From IMG/VR virus record IMGVR_UViG_3300042261_000588, positions 1-64,000 of that record: 64,000 nt of DNA; one strand, 5' to 3'. The notes under the pieces are model-generated. The model was not told where the DNA came from, did not search any database, and worked only from the letters and a program-made list of their open reading frames with translations. How positions within the stretch are numbered: the first letter of the stretch is position 1; every line of letters starts with the position of its first letter. A program made the position numbers and the translations under genes. Origin of the DNA: a virus. Below are positions 36,517-46,636 of this stretch, piece after piece.

Positions 36517-39360
36517 GTGGCTTTTTTGAGTGTTGATTCAACAAATTCTTTGGTCGTATATGACGCTTACAATCATAGAGCCGTCATTGGCGATCTTGGT
36601 GGATACTGGGATGCCGATAAAAAGGCATGGGTAATCGTATTCACAATTGCCAATCTAGAAGGACTCTTGGATGCCATTCCTGATATTTCTGTGTCTGAAG
36701 ACCTGTCGAATAAGGTCAAGGAGCAGATGGAGAAGGAGGCTAAGCTCGAAAAACTAAGGGCTATGTCGAAGCAGGATGTTCCAGTGAGTCTTCGCATTCC
36801 TGGTATGAAGTTGCCATTGTATAACTATCAGAGGCTTGGGGTTATGTATGCGGCAACGAATCGGGTTGGACTGCTTCTAGCGGACGAAATGGGACTTGGC
36901 AAAGCCGAAGTTGTTGATAATCAAGTATTTACAACTACAGGACGCCGCAGGATAGGGAGCTTGAAGATTGGAGATAATGTAATAGGGAAAGACGGAAAAC
37001 CCCATTGTGTTGTTGGCGTTTATCCACAGGGGATGCAAGATATTTATCGGGTTTGGTTCAATGATGGGTTTTACCTAGATGTTGGACCAGAACACCTGTG
37101 GGAAGTAAGGTCAAACAACCAACACAACAAAAAAAGAACATCGAAGGGTGTTGTGTTATCGATGAGTCAACTTCTTGACAAGAATGGAGTTTCAAATAGG
37201 GTTGGCGAGGGACACAACAGAGATAAGGTATATGAGTTCAAGACATATTACAAGAAGTCTAACGGCGACAACAGTTGGGTAATACCAATGGTTGATGTTA
37301 TTGATTTTGAAAAAAAAGAAGTTTTGATGGACTCGTATCTTCTGGGAGTGTGGCTTGGAGATGGGCATATCTGTAAGAACGGGCATGTAATATTGAGAAT
37401 GCTAAAGACGGACTTGGAAGATATGCCTATTGGCGGGAAGACCCTATCCGGTAAGCGACCACATGTGCAATCTGTTTCGTTTGACATGTATAAAAAAGAG
37501 TTGGTCAATCTTGGTTTAAACGGAAAGAGAGCTTGGGAAAAGTTCATACCTGTCGACTATAAATACAATTCTGAAGAAGTAAGACTTGGAATCATTCAGG
37601 GGTTGATGGATACAAATGGTCATGCGGCAGATGGTGAGACCGAGTTTTCGACCAGTTCCAAGCAGTTGTGTGACGATGTGGTTGAGATTGTTCAAACGCT
37701 TGGCGGTATTGCAAGAGTGAGGACGAAAATACCGACATATTGGCATAAGGGAGTAAAGAAGACGGGAAGGACATCGTATAGGGTCAACATCAAGTTGCCT
37801 TCTGGTGTTGTTCCGTTTCGTCTATCTAGAAAGATTGCGGACTATGACATGTGCCGTAAGTATGCCCCTGAGCGATATATTTGTAATATTGAAAAACTCG
37901 CAGAAAAGAAAGAAACGGTTTGCATCTCAGTCGATGCGCCTGATAATCTTTATGTCACGGAACATTGTATTGTCACTCATAATACCCTCCAGGCTATCGG
38001 AACATCTCTATTCCTGAAGGCTTATGCTGGAGCCACAAAGGCACTCATTGTCACTCCGGCTTCACTCAAATTCAACTGGCCGTTGGAGATAGAAAAGTTT
38101 ACGGATGAGAAGTATGTAGTAATTGATGGAACACCCGAGGAGCGTGTCGCTCAATGGCTTCGTGAGGATGTGTTCTTTTACGTGGTCAACTTCGAGTTGT
38201 TGTTGGAGGACTTGTTCGGAGGTAGAAAGTTTAGAGAAAAGAAGGGTGAGTCAGACGAGGATAAGGAGAAAAGGCTTGCTAGGCATGAGAAGATTTCTGT
38301 TAAGGCTAAACAGAGGAGAGGAATACTAGACAGAGTTCGTAATAGAGTATGGGATATTATTGCAGTTGATGAGGCGCAGGCGATCCGACATCATTCTTCG
38401 AGCAGGACTAGGAATTTGAAGGAGTTGAAGGCCAAGTGTAGGATGGCTCTTACGGGAACTCCGATGGATGGAAGGCTTGAGGAGTTGCACAGTCTGATGC
38501 AGTTCGTGGCTCCTGGATTGCTCATGTCAAAGACTAGGTTCTTTCAACGGTATGTCGAGACCGACTTCTGGGGCAGGGTTACGGGATACAAGTGCATCGG
38601 CGAAGTATCACAGAAGATTCAGCCGTTCTTTCTTAGAAGGCTCAAGAAAGATGTGTTGAAGGATTTGCCTGACAAGGTTTATCACAACCGTATTGTTTCG
38701 ATGGATGCCAGTGAGCATAAAATTTATAAGTCTATTGCAGAGCAGGGGCATGAGGCGACAGAAGACGCTCTTGCCGTTGTTGCATTGATCAGGTGTAAAC
38801 AGTTCTGCAATTTGCCTAAGATGGTTGATCCTTCATGTACGACGAGTTCCAAGCTGGATGAATTCAAAGATGTAGTCGACGAGGTTGTGCTTCAAAATGG
38901 ACACAAGGCATTGATATTCAGCCAGTATAAGGAGATGCTGGATGTCATTGTGTCGGAATTGGAAAAGATGGGTATCAAGTATCTCAGAATTGACGGGGAT
39001 ACGCCTACAATACAGCGTGCTTCTATGCAGAAGCAGTTTAATGAGGATAAAGCTATTGACGTGATGGTTGGAACTGAGGCAATGTCTACTGGATTGAACT
39101 TCCAGTCTGCGGATTATGTCATCAACTATGATGATAACTGGTCTCCATCTATTATGGCTCAGCGTGAAGACAGAGCGCATCGGAATGGGCAGAGGAATGT
39201 GGTGACTATCGTGAACTTTATATGCCAAGACACAATCGAAGAGAGAATTCGTGGAGTAATCTATGCAAAGAGTCGAATGTCATCACAAGTTCTTGGTGAC
39301 GAGACTGAAGAACATATCCTGAAAAGATTGGGTCCTAAAGATTTGGCCAAACTATTGTGA
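36517..39360 (+). CDS. SNF2-family helicase with intein
   Basis: LYNYQ, LLADEMGLGK|T, DEAQ, LTGTP, LIFSQY, GLNFQ, QREDRAHRNGQ. Confidence 0.93.
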   Translation: MAFLSVDSTNSLVVYDAYNHRAVIGDLGGYWDADKKAWVIVFTIANLEGLLDAIPDISVSEDLSNKVKEQMEKEAKLEKLRAMSKQDVPVSLRIPGMKLPLYNYQRLGVMYAATNRVGLLLADEMGLGKAEVVDNQVFTTTGRRRIGSLKIGDNVIGKDGKPHCVVGVYPQGMQDIYRVWFNDGFYLDVGPEHLWEVRSNNQHNKKRTSKGVVLSMSQLLDKNGVSNRVGEGHNRDKVYEFKTYYKKSNGDNSWVIPMVDVIDFEKKEVLMDSYLLGVWLGDGHICKNGHVILRMLKTDLEDMPIGGKTLSGKRPHVQSVSFDMYKKELVNLGLNGKRAWEKFIPVDYKYNSEEVRLGIIQGLMDTNGHAADGETEFSTSSKQLCDDVVEIVQTLGGIARVRTKIPTYWHKGVKKTGRTSYRVNIKLPSGVVPFRLSRKIADYDMCRKYAPERYICNIEKLAEKKETVCISVDAPDNLYVTEHCIVTHNTLQAIGTSLFLKAYAGATKALIVTPASLKFNWPLEIEKFTDEKYVVIDGTPEERVAQWLREDVFFYVVNFELLLEDLFGGRKFREKKGESDEDKEKRLARHEKISVKAKQRRGILDRVRNRVWDIIAVDEAQAIRHHSSSRTRNLKELKAKCRMALTGTPMDGRLEELHSLMQFVAPGLLMSKTRFFQRYVETDFWGRVTGYKCIGEVSQKIQPFFLRRLKKDVLKDLPDKVYHNRIVSMDASEHKIYKSIAEQGHEATEDALAVVALIRCKQFCNLPKMVDPSCTTSSKLDEFKDVVDEVVLQNGHKALIFSQYKEMLDVIVSELEKMGIKYLRIDGDTPTIQRASMQKQFNEDKAIDVMVGTEAMSTGLNFQSADYVINYDDNWSPSIMAQREDRAHRNGQRNVVTIVNFICQDTIEERIRGVIYAKSRMSSQVLGDETEEHILKRLGPKDLAKLL
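36904..37983 (+). mobile_element. class 3 intein (360 aa) with LAGLIDADG domain, inserted in Walker A
   Basis: Starts with Ala after GK, ends THN|T; W in EHLW, C in VCISV, T in VTHN; LLGVWLGDG and IIQGLMDTNG motifs. Confidence 0.9.
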
Positions 39361-39368
39361 GGTAATCA

Positions 39369-41072
39369 ATGTCGAGTTTTCATGATACGGTAGACCTGGA
39401 ACGGGCATTTCTTAAAGCTGTTACGAGCAGCATCATCATGGCTCGTTCTTATATTCATCAAGGTCGTGAGGAAATGTTTACCTCCGATCCCCGGAAGTTC
39501 ATCTTTGTTTTAGCAACGATGTCTTTAAATGATGCCAATTCTCTTTTGACTCGGCAGGTCTATGAATACGAGGTGAGATCAAGAGCAATTGACGAGGCAG
39601 ATTTCATTGGTGAGTGGAACATGATAGATGGTGTGTCGTCAGCCGATTCGCCAGAAGCTCTCTTGGCAAAGATTCGGGATGCTGATACGGGTCGTAAAGC
39701 ATTGAGGTTGTCAGAAGACGCCATTGATATGTTGTCGAAGGGCAGGATCAAAGAAGCTGTAGCATTTTTGAAGCGAGAAGCGATGATGATCGGTGGTAGT
39801 GATAAGGGGGATCGCCCTATGCTGCCACTATCAGACATGACACTTAGAATAAATCTGTATAAGGATCGTCTGGAGCATCCTGAAAAATATCAAGGACTGA
39901 AGATTGGATTTCCGACATTTGACAAATTTACTGGAGGATTGTTCCCCGGTGAGTTGACATTGATTGCGGGCGTTACGGGTCTTGGTAAGTCGACGCTTTG
40001 TCGTGCTATCGCCAGAAATATTGTTACTCTAAATGGTGCAAAAAATGTACTTCATGTTGCCAACGAGGAATATCTAGAGCAGGTTCAATATAAGTATGAT
40101 GCTTTGTTTATGGGTTTTTCATATTCCGACTTCAAGCAGGCGAGACTTAGTGAAGATGCGTTGGATCGTTGGCAGAAATTCATGCAGAAGGAAATGAAGG
40201 AATCTGGAGCCGGACAGATTTTTGTCAAGGAAGTTCCGGCATTTACGGATGTGTCTTTGGTCGAACAGCAATTCCGTATTCTGGAGAATCGTGGAATACC
40301 TATTCATGCTATCGTTATTGACCATCTCCCGCATGTGAAGCCGATAGAAGAGGCATGGGGTGAGAATGATGAGAGATTCAAGGCTGCCGTAGATTGTAAA
40401 GAGTTGGCTCGTGCGTTGAGAGTCCCTGTTGTAACTCCGACGCAGGCAGCCACAGAGGTTGAAAAGAAGCAGACGGCTGGTAAAAGAGCAGGCAAACTGG
40501 ATGTGTATGGCTCCAAGGGGCAGGTTCATGTCGCCAATACCTTTCTCATTATCACATATAGGGGCACGGACGATACTCAACAGGATTTGGAAGATTATCT
40601 TCGTGATGTCTATTGGTTGTGTGATGCTAAGAAAAATCGTGATGGACCACCGTTTTACTTTATGGCTAAACATAGGGTCAGGGATGGCTTTGTGGAGGAA
40701 ATCGTAGACCCTAGTAAGAAACCTCATAAAGAAGCCGCAGACGGGGTAAATTCAGCATTAGCGGAGGCAGAGGGCAATGATAAGGCTCCTACGGCTACTG
40801 CCTTGCCAGCGGCTTCTAATGCCCCTTCTAATCTCAATACGGGGCTACGAGACGCTCAGATGGCTTTTGTGGAGGCTATAGAGGGCAATCTTGAGGGAGA
40901 GGATGAGGTTCCAGCAGTTTCCGGTTTAGAGTCTCAGGGTATCGATTCGATCTTGTCAGAGGCGGCTGGAGAGGTGATGGGAGATATAAATCCTCCGATT
41001 CAAGAACCCGATGCTCCAAAATCAATGAGAGATAAAATTCGTGCCGCAAAGATTCCAATTCCGGGAGTATAA
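39369..41072 (+). CDS. dnaB: DnaB-like replicative helicase
   Basis: GFPTFDKFTGGLFPGELTLIAGVTGLGKS, IVIDHL, CKELARALRVPVV, KNRDG. Confidence 0.9.
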   Translation: MSSFHDTVDLERAFLKAVTSSIIMARSYIHQGREEMFTSDPRKFIFVLATMSLNDANSLLTRQVYEYEVRSRAIDEADFIGEWNMIDGVSSADSPEALLAKIRDADTGRKALRLSEDAIDMLSKGRIKEAVAFLKREAMMIGGSDKGDRPMLPLSDMTLRINLYKDRLEHPEKYQGLKIGFPTFDKFTGGLFPGELTLIAGVTGLGKSTLCRAIARNIVTLNGAKNVLHVANEEYLEQVQYKYDALFMGFSYSDFKQARLSEDALDRWQKFMQKEMKESGAGQIFVKEVPAFTDVSLVEQQFRILENRGIPIHAIVIDHLPHVKPIEEAWGENDERFKAAVDCKELARALRVPVVTPTQAATEVEKKQTAGKRAGKLDVYGSKGQVHVANTFLIITYRGTDDTQQDLEDYLRDVYWLCDAKKNRDGPPFYFMAKHRVRDGFVEEIVDPSKKPHKEAADGVNSALAEAEGNDKAPTATALPAASNAPSNLNTGLRDAQMAFVEAIEGNLEGEDEVPAVSGLESQGIDSILSEAAGEVMGDINPPIQEPDAPKSMRDKIRAAKIPIPGV

Positions 41073-41120
41073 TAGGCAAAGAAGGAATGCTATTGGGGCA
41101 ATCCGGTAACAATTAGGAGA

Positions 41121-42128
41121 ATGGGCATGACACAGGCAGTTGAACACGCATTGATTCGGCATCAGGAGATCGGAACGTCATTTGAAGGAGTTTATTATGT
41201 CGAGAGTGCGTTCGTTAAGCAGACGGTTCAGAAGAAGGATTTCACGGACCTCATGTTGCGGGACAGGTCTGGGGCACGGAATGTCAAATATTGGGGTCGG
41301 GTCGACGGAGTGGGAAAGGGTGATTACGTCTTCATCGCCGCCAACGTCGAAGAATACCAGAGCCATCCCAGTATCATCGCAAAGAATATCGAGAAAGCGG
41401 ATGTGCCGGAAGACTTGTCTCCGTTTATTCCCGTTTATGATGAGAATGGAGCGAGTGATAACGCTTCCCGCTTTGACTCGATCCGGGCAGAACTCGCTGA
41501 TATCGAGACAGTTACTGGCAATCAAACAGCAGGATTGATTGTTGATGAGGTTTACAAAAACTCAACATTTTTCTCCAAATTTATCGTATCACCGGGGAGT
41601 GGGCGTTCGCATTACGGTCGTCAAGGCGGATTGCTGGCGAATACCGTTCGTGTGGCTGCGGCAAGTCTTTTAGGAGCAGATTCCTATGGACTGGATGAGC
41701 AGGAGAAGGCAGTACTTCTGGCTTCGGCATTGCTCTCCCGGATCGGTGCAATTGAGGCGTTTGAGTTTCAGGATTGTATGCCCGTTGTGACGAAGAAGGG
41801 AATGCTTCTCGGGATCAACAATCTGACCATGAGCCGTATTTCGTCAGCTCTCAAGCGTGTCGTGTCTACTCTGAGCAAGGAAGGTAAGGCGGTAGACAAT
41901 GAAATTGTGATTCGGATTCTTCATGCGGTCACATCCCATGACGGGGTTTGCGTGAAGCCGATGACGAAAGAGGCGATGGTCCTGAATGCGGCTTTCAAGA
42001 CTGATGCCGAGATCGTGGATGCGATGGACTTCATTGCCGCCGACTTGAACAAGACGGAAGAGTTCACTGCATGGGACCCGTCAATGGGTCGCAAGTATTA
42101 CACTGGCAGCGTAAAGAGTGTTGAGTGA
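41121..42128 (+). CDS. YhaM/Cbf1-like OB-fold + HD-fold protein with degenerate metal ligands
   Basis: N-terminal LMLRDRSG OB fold; SHYGRQGGLLANT, LLSRIG (in place of LLHDIG), SHDG, PMTKEA. Confidence 0.75.
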   Translation: MGMTQAVEHALIRHQEIGTSFEGVYYVESAFVKQTVQKKDFTDLMLRDRSGARNVKYWGRVDGVGKGDYVFIAANVEEYQSHPSIIAKNIEKADVPEDLSPFIPVYDENGASDNASRFDSIRAELADIETVTGNQTAGLIVDEVYKNSTFFSKFIVSPGSGRSHYGRQGGLLANTVRVAAASLLGADSYGLDEQEKAVLLASALLSRIGAIEAFEFQDCMPVVTKKGMLLGINNLTMSRISSALKRVVSTLSKEGKAVDNEIVIRILHAVTSHDGVCVKPMTKEAMVLNAAFKTDAEIVDAMDFIAADLNKTEEFTAWDPSMGRKYYTGSVKSVE

Positions 42129-42131
42129 TTT

Positions 42132-42314
42132 GGAGACCGAGAGCAGCGAGGGCTGAGCGGCATTAAGACGTAGCTAGAGGTCAACGCCTCTACTGACGGG
42201 TTTCAAGCCCGAAGGTATGCGTAATTTGAGCCGAGTATTCCGGCTTCGCAGGCGGGAGAATAATCGGCGTCGGCGTCATCTGGCATCAGAGCGACATGGC
42301 ATCTCTCGGTTCTT
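42132..42314 (+). ncRNA. candidate ~180-nt structured RNA upstream of primase
   Basis: Closing stem GACCGAGAG/CTCTCGGTT; internal hairpins TAGAGG/CCTCTA, CGGGT/GCCCG, AGCCG/CGGCT. Confidence 0.45.
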
Positions 42315-42330
42315 CATTGATTCGGATAAT

Positions 42331-43419
42331 ATGGAAGCAGGGATCAGAGAGCGAGACCGTTACAAGGATATTTCTTGGTTGATGCCCAGCATCGACTTGG
42401 AAAAGGTCTTTGAACAGCTTGGCATCTTGGTTGATCATAAGAGTGGCTGCCAGATAAGGGCGTTTTGTCCTGACCATCATCTATTCACTGGCAGGAAACC
42501 GTCAGATCCTAATTGGACGATCAATACAGAAACAGGAGAGACGTTCTGTTTCACAGAGGCGAGAGGAAGCAATCTCGTCTTTACTGTTTGTCGTCTTCTC
42601 AAGAAAGAGCCGGATGAGGTTGCTAGGTTTCTGACGGGCAAGGACACGACCGAGTTCGCTGAAATGAGGATGGCTGCTGCCAAGTTGAAGGTTGCGAAGA
42701 TATTCAAGACGAAAGAGGATGAGAGCAAGGAATTGATGCCAATCAAGGGTTTGGATGCGATAGTCAAAGATATTGCAAGTCCAAAGATGTCTGAAATGGC
42801 ATATCAGTTTTTTATCCATCCACCCGGCAAAAAGTATCCTACAAATATCAATCGTGAGACGGTAGATCGGTATCGCGTATTCGAGAGGACATGGGGGTTC
42901 TACGCCAATCGTATTGTCATTCCATATTTTATGCGGAAAGAGATTGTTGGGTTCTGTGCGATAGACCTACTTGGCAAGGAGGCATGGAAAAAGGCTCATC
43001 CCGTGTTAGACGAAAAACAATATAGAAAGGTGAGATACCCGGAGAATTTTCAGTCCACGGAGTGTCTGTTTGGGTTCGATGATTGCCAGAAGGGTGCTGA
43101 ATTCGTTATCGTGACAGAGGGGGCCAGAGAGGTGATGAAGCTCACTCAGGAGGGCTTTCCTGCTGTAGCTATTTTAGGATCATACATCAGCAAGACACAT
43201 CGATTGTTGTTGGCTGAGTTGTGTCCTAAACGGATCATCCTGATGTTCGATGGAGATGATGCTGGCGTGGCGATTACGACTCGTGCCGCAGATGCCTTGA
43301 CAGGTGGAGGGGTTTATTCAAAGTCGACGGTTCAGAAGTGTTTTTTACCTAAAGGAAGGGACCCCAAGACCTTGGATAGGAACGACTTGAATCATCTTAT
43401 TGAAAAGGGAAAGATTTGA
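42331..43419 (+). CDS. dnaG: DNA primase (Zn-binding + TOPRIM)
   Basis: CPDH...CF, RIVIP, VTEG, FDGDDAG, DP motifs; start uncertain. Confidence 0.88.
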   Translation: MEAGIRERDRYKDISWLMPSIDLEKVFEQLGILVDHKSGCQIRAFCPDHHLFTGRKPSDPNWTINTETGETFCFTEARGSNLVFTVCRLLKKEPDEVARFLTGKDTTEFAEMRMAAAKLKVAKIFKTKEDESKELMPIKGLDAIVKDIASPKMSEMAYQFFIHPPGKKYPTNINRETVDRYRVFERTWGFYANRIVIPYFMRKEIVGFCAIDLLGKEAWKKAHPVLDEKQYRKVRYPENFQSTECLFGFDDCQKGAEFVIVTEGAREVMKLTQEGFPAVAILGSYISKTHRLLLAELCPKRIILMFDGDDAGVAITTRAADALTGGGVYSKSTVQKCFLPKGRDPKTLDRNDLNHLIEKGKI

Positions 43420-43512
43420 GTTGTTGATTTGACGAACATCTGATATTTTGTATCTTGTTTTAAGGCCGTATTGGCTAATGTGTCGATATTCGACGAAAAA
43501 ACTAGGAGGCAT

Positions 43513-44433
43513 ATGAACGGGCAAATTGGGCTGTCTTCGTCTATTTCTAATTCTTCCGAGCGGGTTTCCGTTCGTGATCAAATCAAGCGGATAAAGTCTG
43601 AAATTTTCCAATCTGCGAAAGCTGTTTCAGTCTTTGTTCCTCCTCCTCCTCCTTCTGAATCGGAAAAGAAAATATCGATTCAAGAACTTTTGGCGCAGAT
43701 TAAAAAGTCGTATCTAGACGATTTGGCGGCAGGAGTTGGATTACTTCCTATCGTTGATGATTCAAATCATGGTGTCGAACTGACAAGAGACCAGATTGCC
43801 GTTGCTGTCGCATTGGATATGTCTGGCAAAAAGCCGTTGTCTATGAAAGATCGTCTTCGGTATAACACGATGCTATATGATTCGATTCGTAATCTTGTTT
43901 ATCTTCGGGCATCTCGTTATTCTGTCACATGTCCAGAGGAATCCGTTGATGATCTGGCTCAAGAGTGTATGTTTCAGATTCTTAAGAAGCTCCATGGTTT
44001 CAATCCGAAACGTGGAGCTTTTTCAACATGGTCGTGGTACGTTTGTACGGGAACGATGAATCGGAAATATCGGAATGGTCAGAAGAGTAGAAAAGCCATC
44101 GTGTCTGCTGGTCATTTCGTAGACGAAGATGGGAACAGCATGTTGGAGAATCTCCCTGAGAGCCCACTTGAAGGAGTGCAAAGTCATGAGTGTCAAGGAA
44201 TCATGGCGAATGAGATCATGGATTCAGTAAGGGAATTGGCAGGGAACTATCCTGAACAAAAACAGCTAATTTTTGAGATATTTGGCAATCCTGATTCTGA
44301 ACAGTTTGTCATGCCGAGTAATATTAACGTGTCGGAATCTGCCAAGGCCATAGGAATGAAGTATAGTCGGGCACACTCTTTTTTCAAAACGGTTATCCGT
44401 CCGTTCTTTCAGAAGCAGTTGGCGGGGTGTTGA
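43513..44433 (+). CDS. phage sigma70-family sigma factor
   Basis: Region 2 DDLAQE...FNPKRGAFSTW; C-terminal HTH SESAKAIGMKYSRA; RBS AGGAGG. Confidence 0.75.
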   Translation: MNGQIGLSSSISNSSERVSVRDQIKRIKSEIFQSAKAVSVFVPPPPPSESEKKISIQELLAQIKKSYLDDLAAGVGLLPIVDDSNHGVELTRDQIAVAVALDMSGKKPLSMKDRLRYNTMLYDSIRNLVYLRASRYSVTCPEESVDDLAQECMFQILKKLHGFNPKRGAFSTWSWYVCTGTMNRKYRNGQKSRKAIVSAGHFVDEDGNSMLENLPESPLEGVQSHECQGIMANEIMDSVRELAGNYPEQKQLIFEIFGNPDSEQFVMPSNINVSESAKAIGMKYSRAHSFFKTVIRPFFQKQLAGC

Positions 44434-44874
44434 ATGTCAAATACATTATGGGCAAAACATCATTATGCCAAATGTTTCGGGTTTTGGGTTGTATCTGAAT
44501 TGGAGTGTGTCAAGTGTGCTCTATCCGAAAGTTGTGAAAAAAGGACTAAAGCTAAAGTAGAAGAAGTTGATCGCTCTAAGGATTCGGATGTAGATACAGA
44601 GGCAGATGGGAATGTAGAATCAGAAGAGGTTCCAGTACTTTCTCCTTTAAACTATCTAATTCAAAGTCTTGCTGGTAAGTTTGATCAGGAAACAGATGAG
44701 AAGGAGAATGCTATTCTTCATAAGTTTCGTAATAATGGAAGAACAGTGATTGCTGTTGCCATAGGAGCTTATGGGAAAATCAAGATCGTTTCTGTAGTCA
44801 AGAATACGTCTAAAGTATTCGACAAATTAGAAAGCATTGATGAGGTTGAGTCAGTGCTAAAGGAGATGTTGTGA
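44434..44874 (+). CDS. hypothetical protein with N-terminal 4-Cys zinc finger
   Basis: CFG-x7-ECVKC-x5-C. Confidence 0.75.
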   Translation: MSNTLWAKHHYAKCFGFWVVSELECVKCALSESCEKRTKAKVEEVDRSKDSDVDTEADGNVESEEVPVLSPLNYLIQSLAGKFDQETDEKENAILHKFRNNGRTVIAVAIGAYGKIKIVSVVKNTSKVFDKLESIDEVESVLKEML

Positions 44875-45773
44875 GGACGATTGAATATCCTTGGTATCAC
44901 CCACCATTTTCTGAATATAATGCAGCACAGGCAACAGCGATACCATTTCTTGATAAGGATGTGAATCTTGTCATTTCTTTTGCTACGGCAGCAGGAAAGA
45001 CTGTGCTTGCGGAATGTGCGATGGCTTTTCATTTAGCGAATCGTGAAGATTGCAGGGTTGCATATGTTTGTCCGTTCAAGAGTTTGGCTTCTGAGAAACT
45101 CAAGGCGTGGACGGAAGAGCAGCAACTTGGAAAGTATGGATTGGCACTCTGGTCCAGTGATAGCAAGGATGATGGTAGGGATGGAAGACTGACCGTTTCG
45201 ACATTGGAGTCGTTTGACATGAAGACTCGGTCGAAGGCATGGAAGGACTGGATGGAAAGTTTTGATTGTGTCGTTTTTGATGAGTCGCATATTGTTGGGG
45301 ATGATGTAAGAGGTGGTGCAATGGAGGCAGCAGTGATGCGGCTAACCGATTTAAATCCCAGAGCAAGGATCGTGTTTTTGTCGGCGACGATGGGTAATTC
45401 CGGGGATTTGGCAAAATGGGTAAAGTCTCTCAATGGTAAACCTACAAAGTGTATTACGAGTTCATGGAGACCGACCAAGGTAAAAATGGAGTATCATCTG
45501 GTAGATGGTCACGATGAAAAGACAAGCAAGGCGGTAGAACTGGCAACTCAATCAGCTTCTCGTAAGACATTGGTGTTTGTTCATTCAAAGGTGACAGGAA
45601 GCAAGATTGTAAAGAGTTTACGGTCAACGGGAGTACGTGCTGTATTTCATAATGCTTCTTTGTCTTCTGCGAAGAGGAGAAAGATTGAGGAAGCATTCAA
45701 TAGTCCAACATCTGGACTCAATGTTTGTGTGAGTACATCGACATTGGGTGCTGGGGTCAATATGGGAGGGTGA
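44871..45773 (+). CDS. Ski2/Hel308-like SF2 helicase, N-terminal half (motifs Q to V)
   Basis: YNAAQ, ATAAGKT, DESH, LSAT, FVHSK, FHNA, TSTLGAGVN. Confidence 0.88.
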   Translation: MRTIEYPWYHPPFSEYNAAQATAIPFLDKDVNLVISFATAAGKTVLAECAMAFHLANREDCRVAYVCPFKSLASEKLKAWTEEQQLGKYGLALWSSDSKDDGRDGRLTVSTLESFDMKTRSKAWKDWMESFDCVVFDESHIVGDDVRGGAMEAAVMRLTDLNPRARIVFLSATMGNSGDLAKWVKSLNGKPTKCITSSWRPTKVKMEYHLVDGHDEKTSKAVELATQSASRKTLVFVHSKVTGSKIVKSLRSTGVRAVFHNASLSSAKRRKIEEAFNSPTSGLNVCVSTSTLGAGVNMGG

Positions 45774-45774
45774 T

Positions 45775-46368
45775 GTGGAAAAGACAATTCAACTTGAAGC
45801 ATTGAAGGTAGAGTGTTTGGCGTGTCGTCGTTGCAAAATCGGCGGGCAGATGATTTCTGGAAAGTTTCTTGGAAATGTCTTTTCCAACATGAATTGTACT
45901 GCGGAGTACATGGTTGTTGGTCAGAATCCCGGATCGGAAGAGACTGAGAAGTGTGAGCCATTTGTCGGAATTTCCGGGAAGATGTTTGACCAGTTAGTTG
46001 AAGAGGTCATGGAGATGAAACGATCCATGTTCTACATCTCCAATACGGTTCGTTGCTATACTCCCGGAAATCGAAAACCAACAATGGAAGAGGTGTCAAA
46101 CTGTCGGTATTTCATGGACTTGGAGATTCAAGCACTTCGACCAAAGGTGATTATCACGCTTGGTGGTCCGGCATTTGAGCAGGTTACGGGCATTCATGGC
46201 ATTATGAAGCATCATGGAAAGCCTGAATTCTCTCCTCGGTACAAGGTTCCTGTATTTCCATTACTGCACCCGAGTCCGATAAATTTGAATGACCCGGCGA
46301 AGATGGAGTTATTTGTGGCTGACCTTGTATTGCTGGAGGAGTTTATCAAGAATGGATGTGTTCTGTGA
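45775..46368 (+). CDS. uracil-DNA glycosylase family 4-like
   Basis: CxxC Fe-S motif, VGQNPG, EPFVG, SNTVRC, HPS. Confidence 0.88.
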   Translation: MEKTIQLEALKVECLACRRCKIGGQMISGKFLGNVFSNMNCTAEYMVVGQNPGSEETEKCEPFVGISGKMFDQLVEEVMEMKRSMFYISNTVRCYTPGNRKPTMEEVSNCRYFMDLEIQALRPKVIITLGGPAFEQVTGIHGIMKHHGKPEFSPRYKVPVFPLLHPSPINLNDPAKMELFVADLVLLEEFIKNGCVL

Positions 46369-46634
46369 GACGCGTGGACCCATGGTCAATCTACAGAGAT
46401 GTTGATGAGTTCCTGACGGACATGAGAGAAGGAACATTGAAGGAGGGGTTCACATTATCACAGTTAGCGTGGGATGGATTGATGGAAAAGGTGAATGCTG
46501 ACTCTGTGTTCGCTGACGAGATTGTTGCCAATGGGGTCTTATTACTCATGGCTACGCATTCAAAGTCCGAGATTGACGGGTTGATGTCATTAGCAGAGGT
46601 GTGTTACGGGCAGGAAGGACAGGTGGATGCTTGA
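46356..46634 (+). CDS. hypothetical protein
   Basis: ORF track; tight packing. Confidence 0.65.
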   Translation: MCSVRRVDPWSIYRDVDEFLTDMREGTLKEGFTLSQLAWDGLMEKVNADSVFADEIVANGVLLLMATHSKSEIDGLMSLAEVCYGQEGQVDA

Positions 46635-46636
46635 AA

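Noticed and set aside
42160-42230. Twister ribozyme (TAA...GC...CGGGTTTCAAGCCCG)
   Set aside because: Partial resemblance only: the L4 loop is one base too long and no correctly placed GA plus T1 pseudoknot partner follows P2. Kept only as an unassigned structured RNA.
42217-42330. Arg-rich N-terminal extension of primase
   Set aside because: No RBS, implausible composition, overlaps the structured element.
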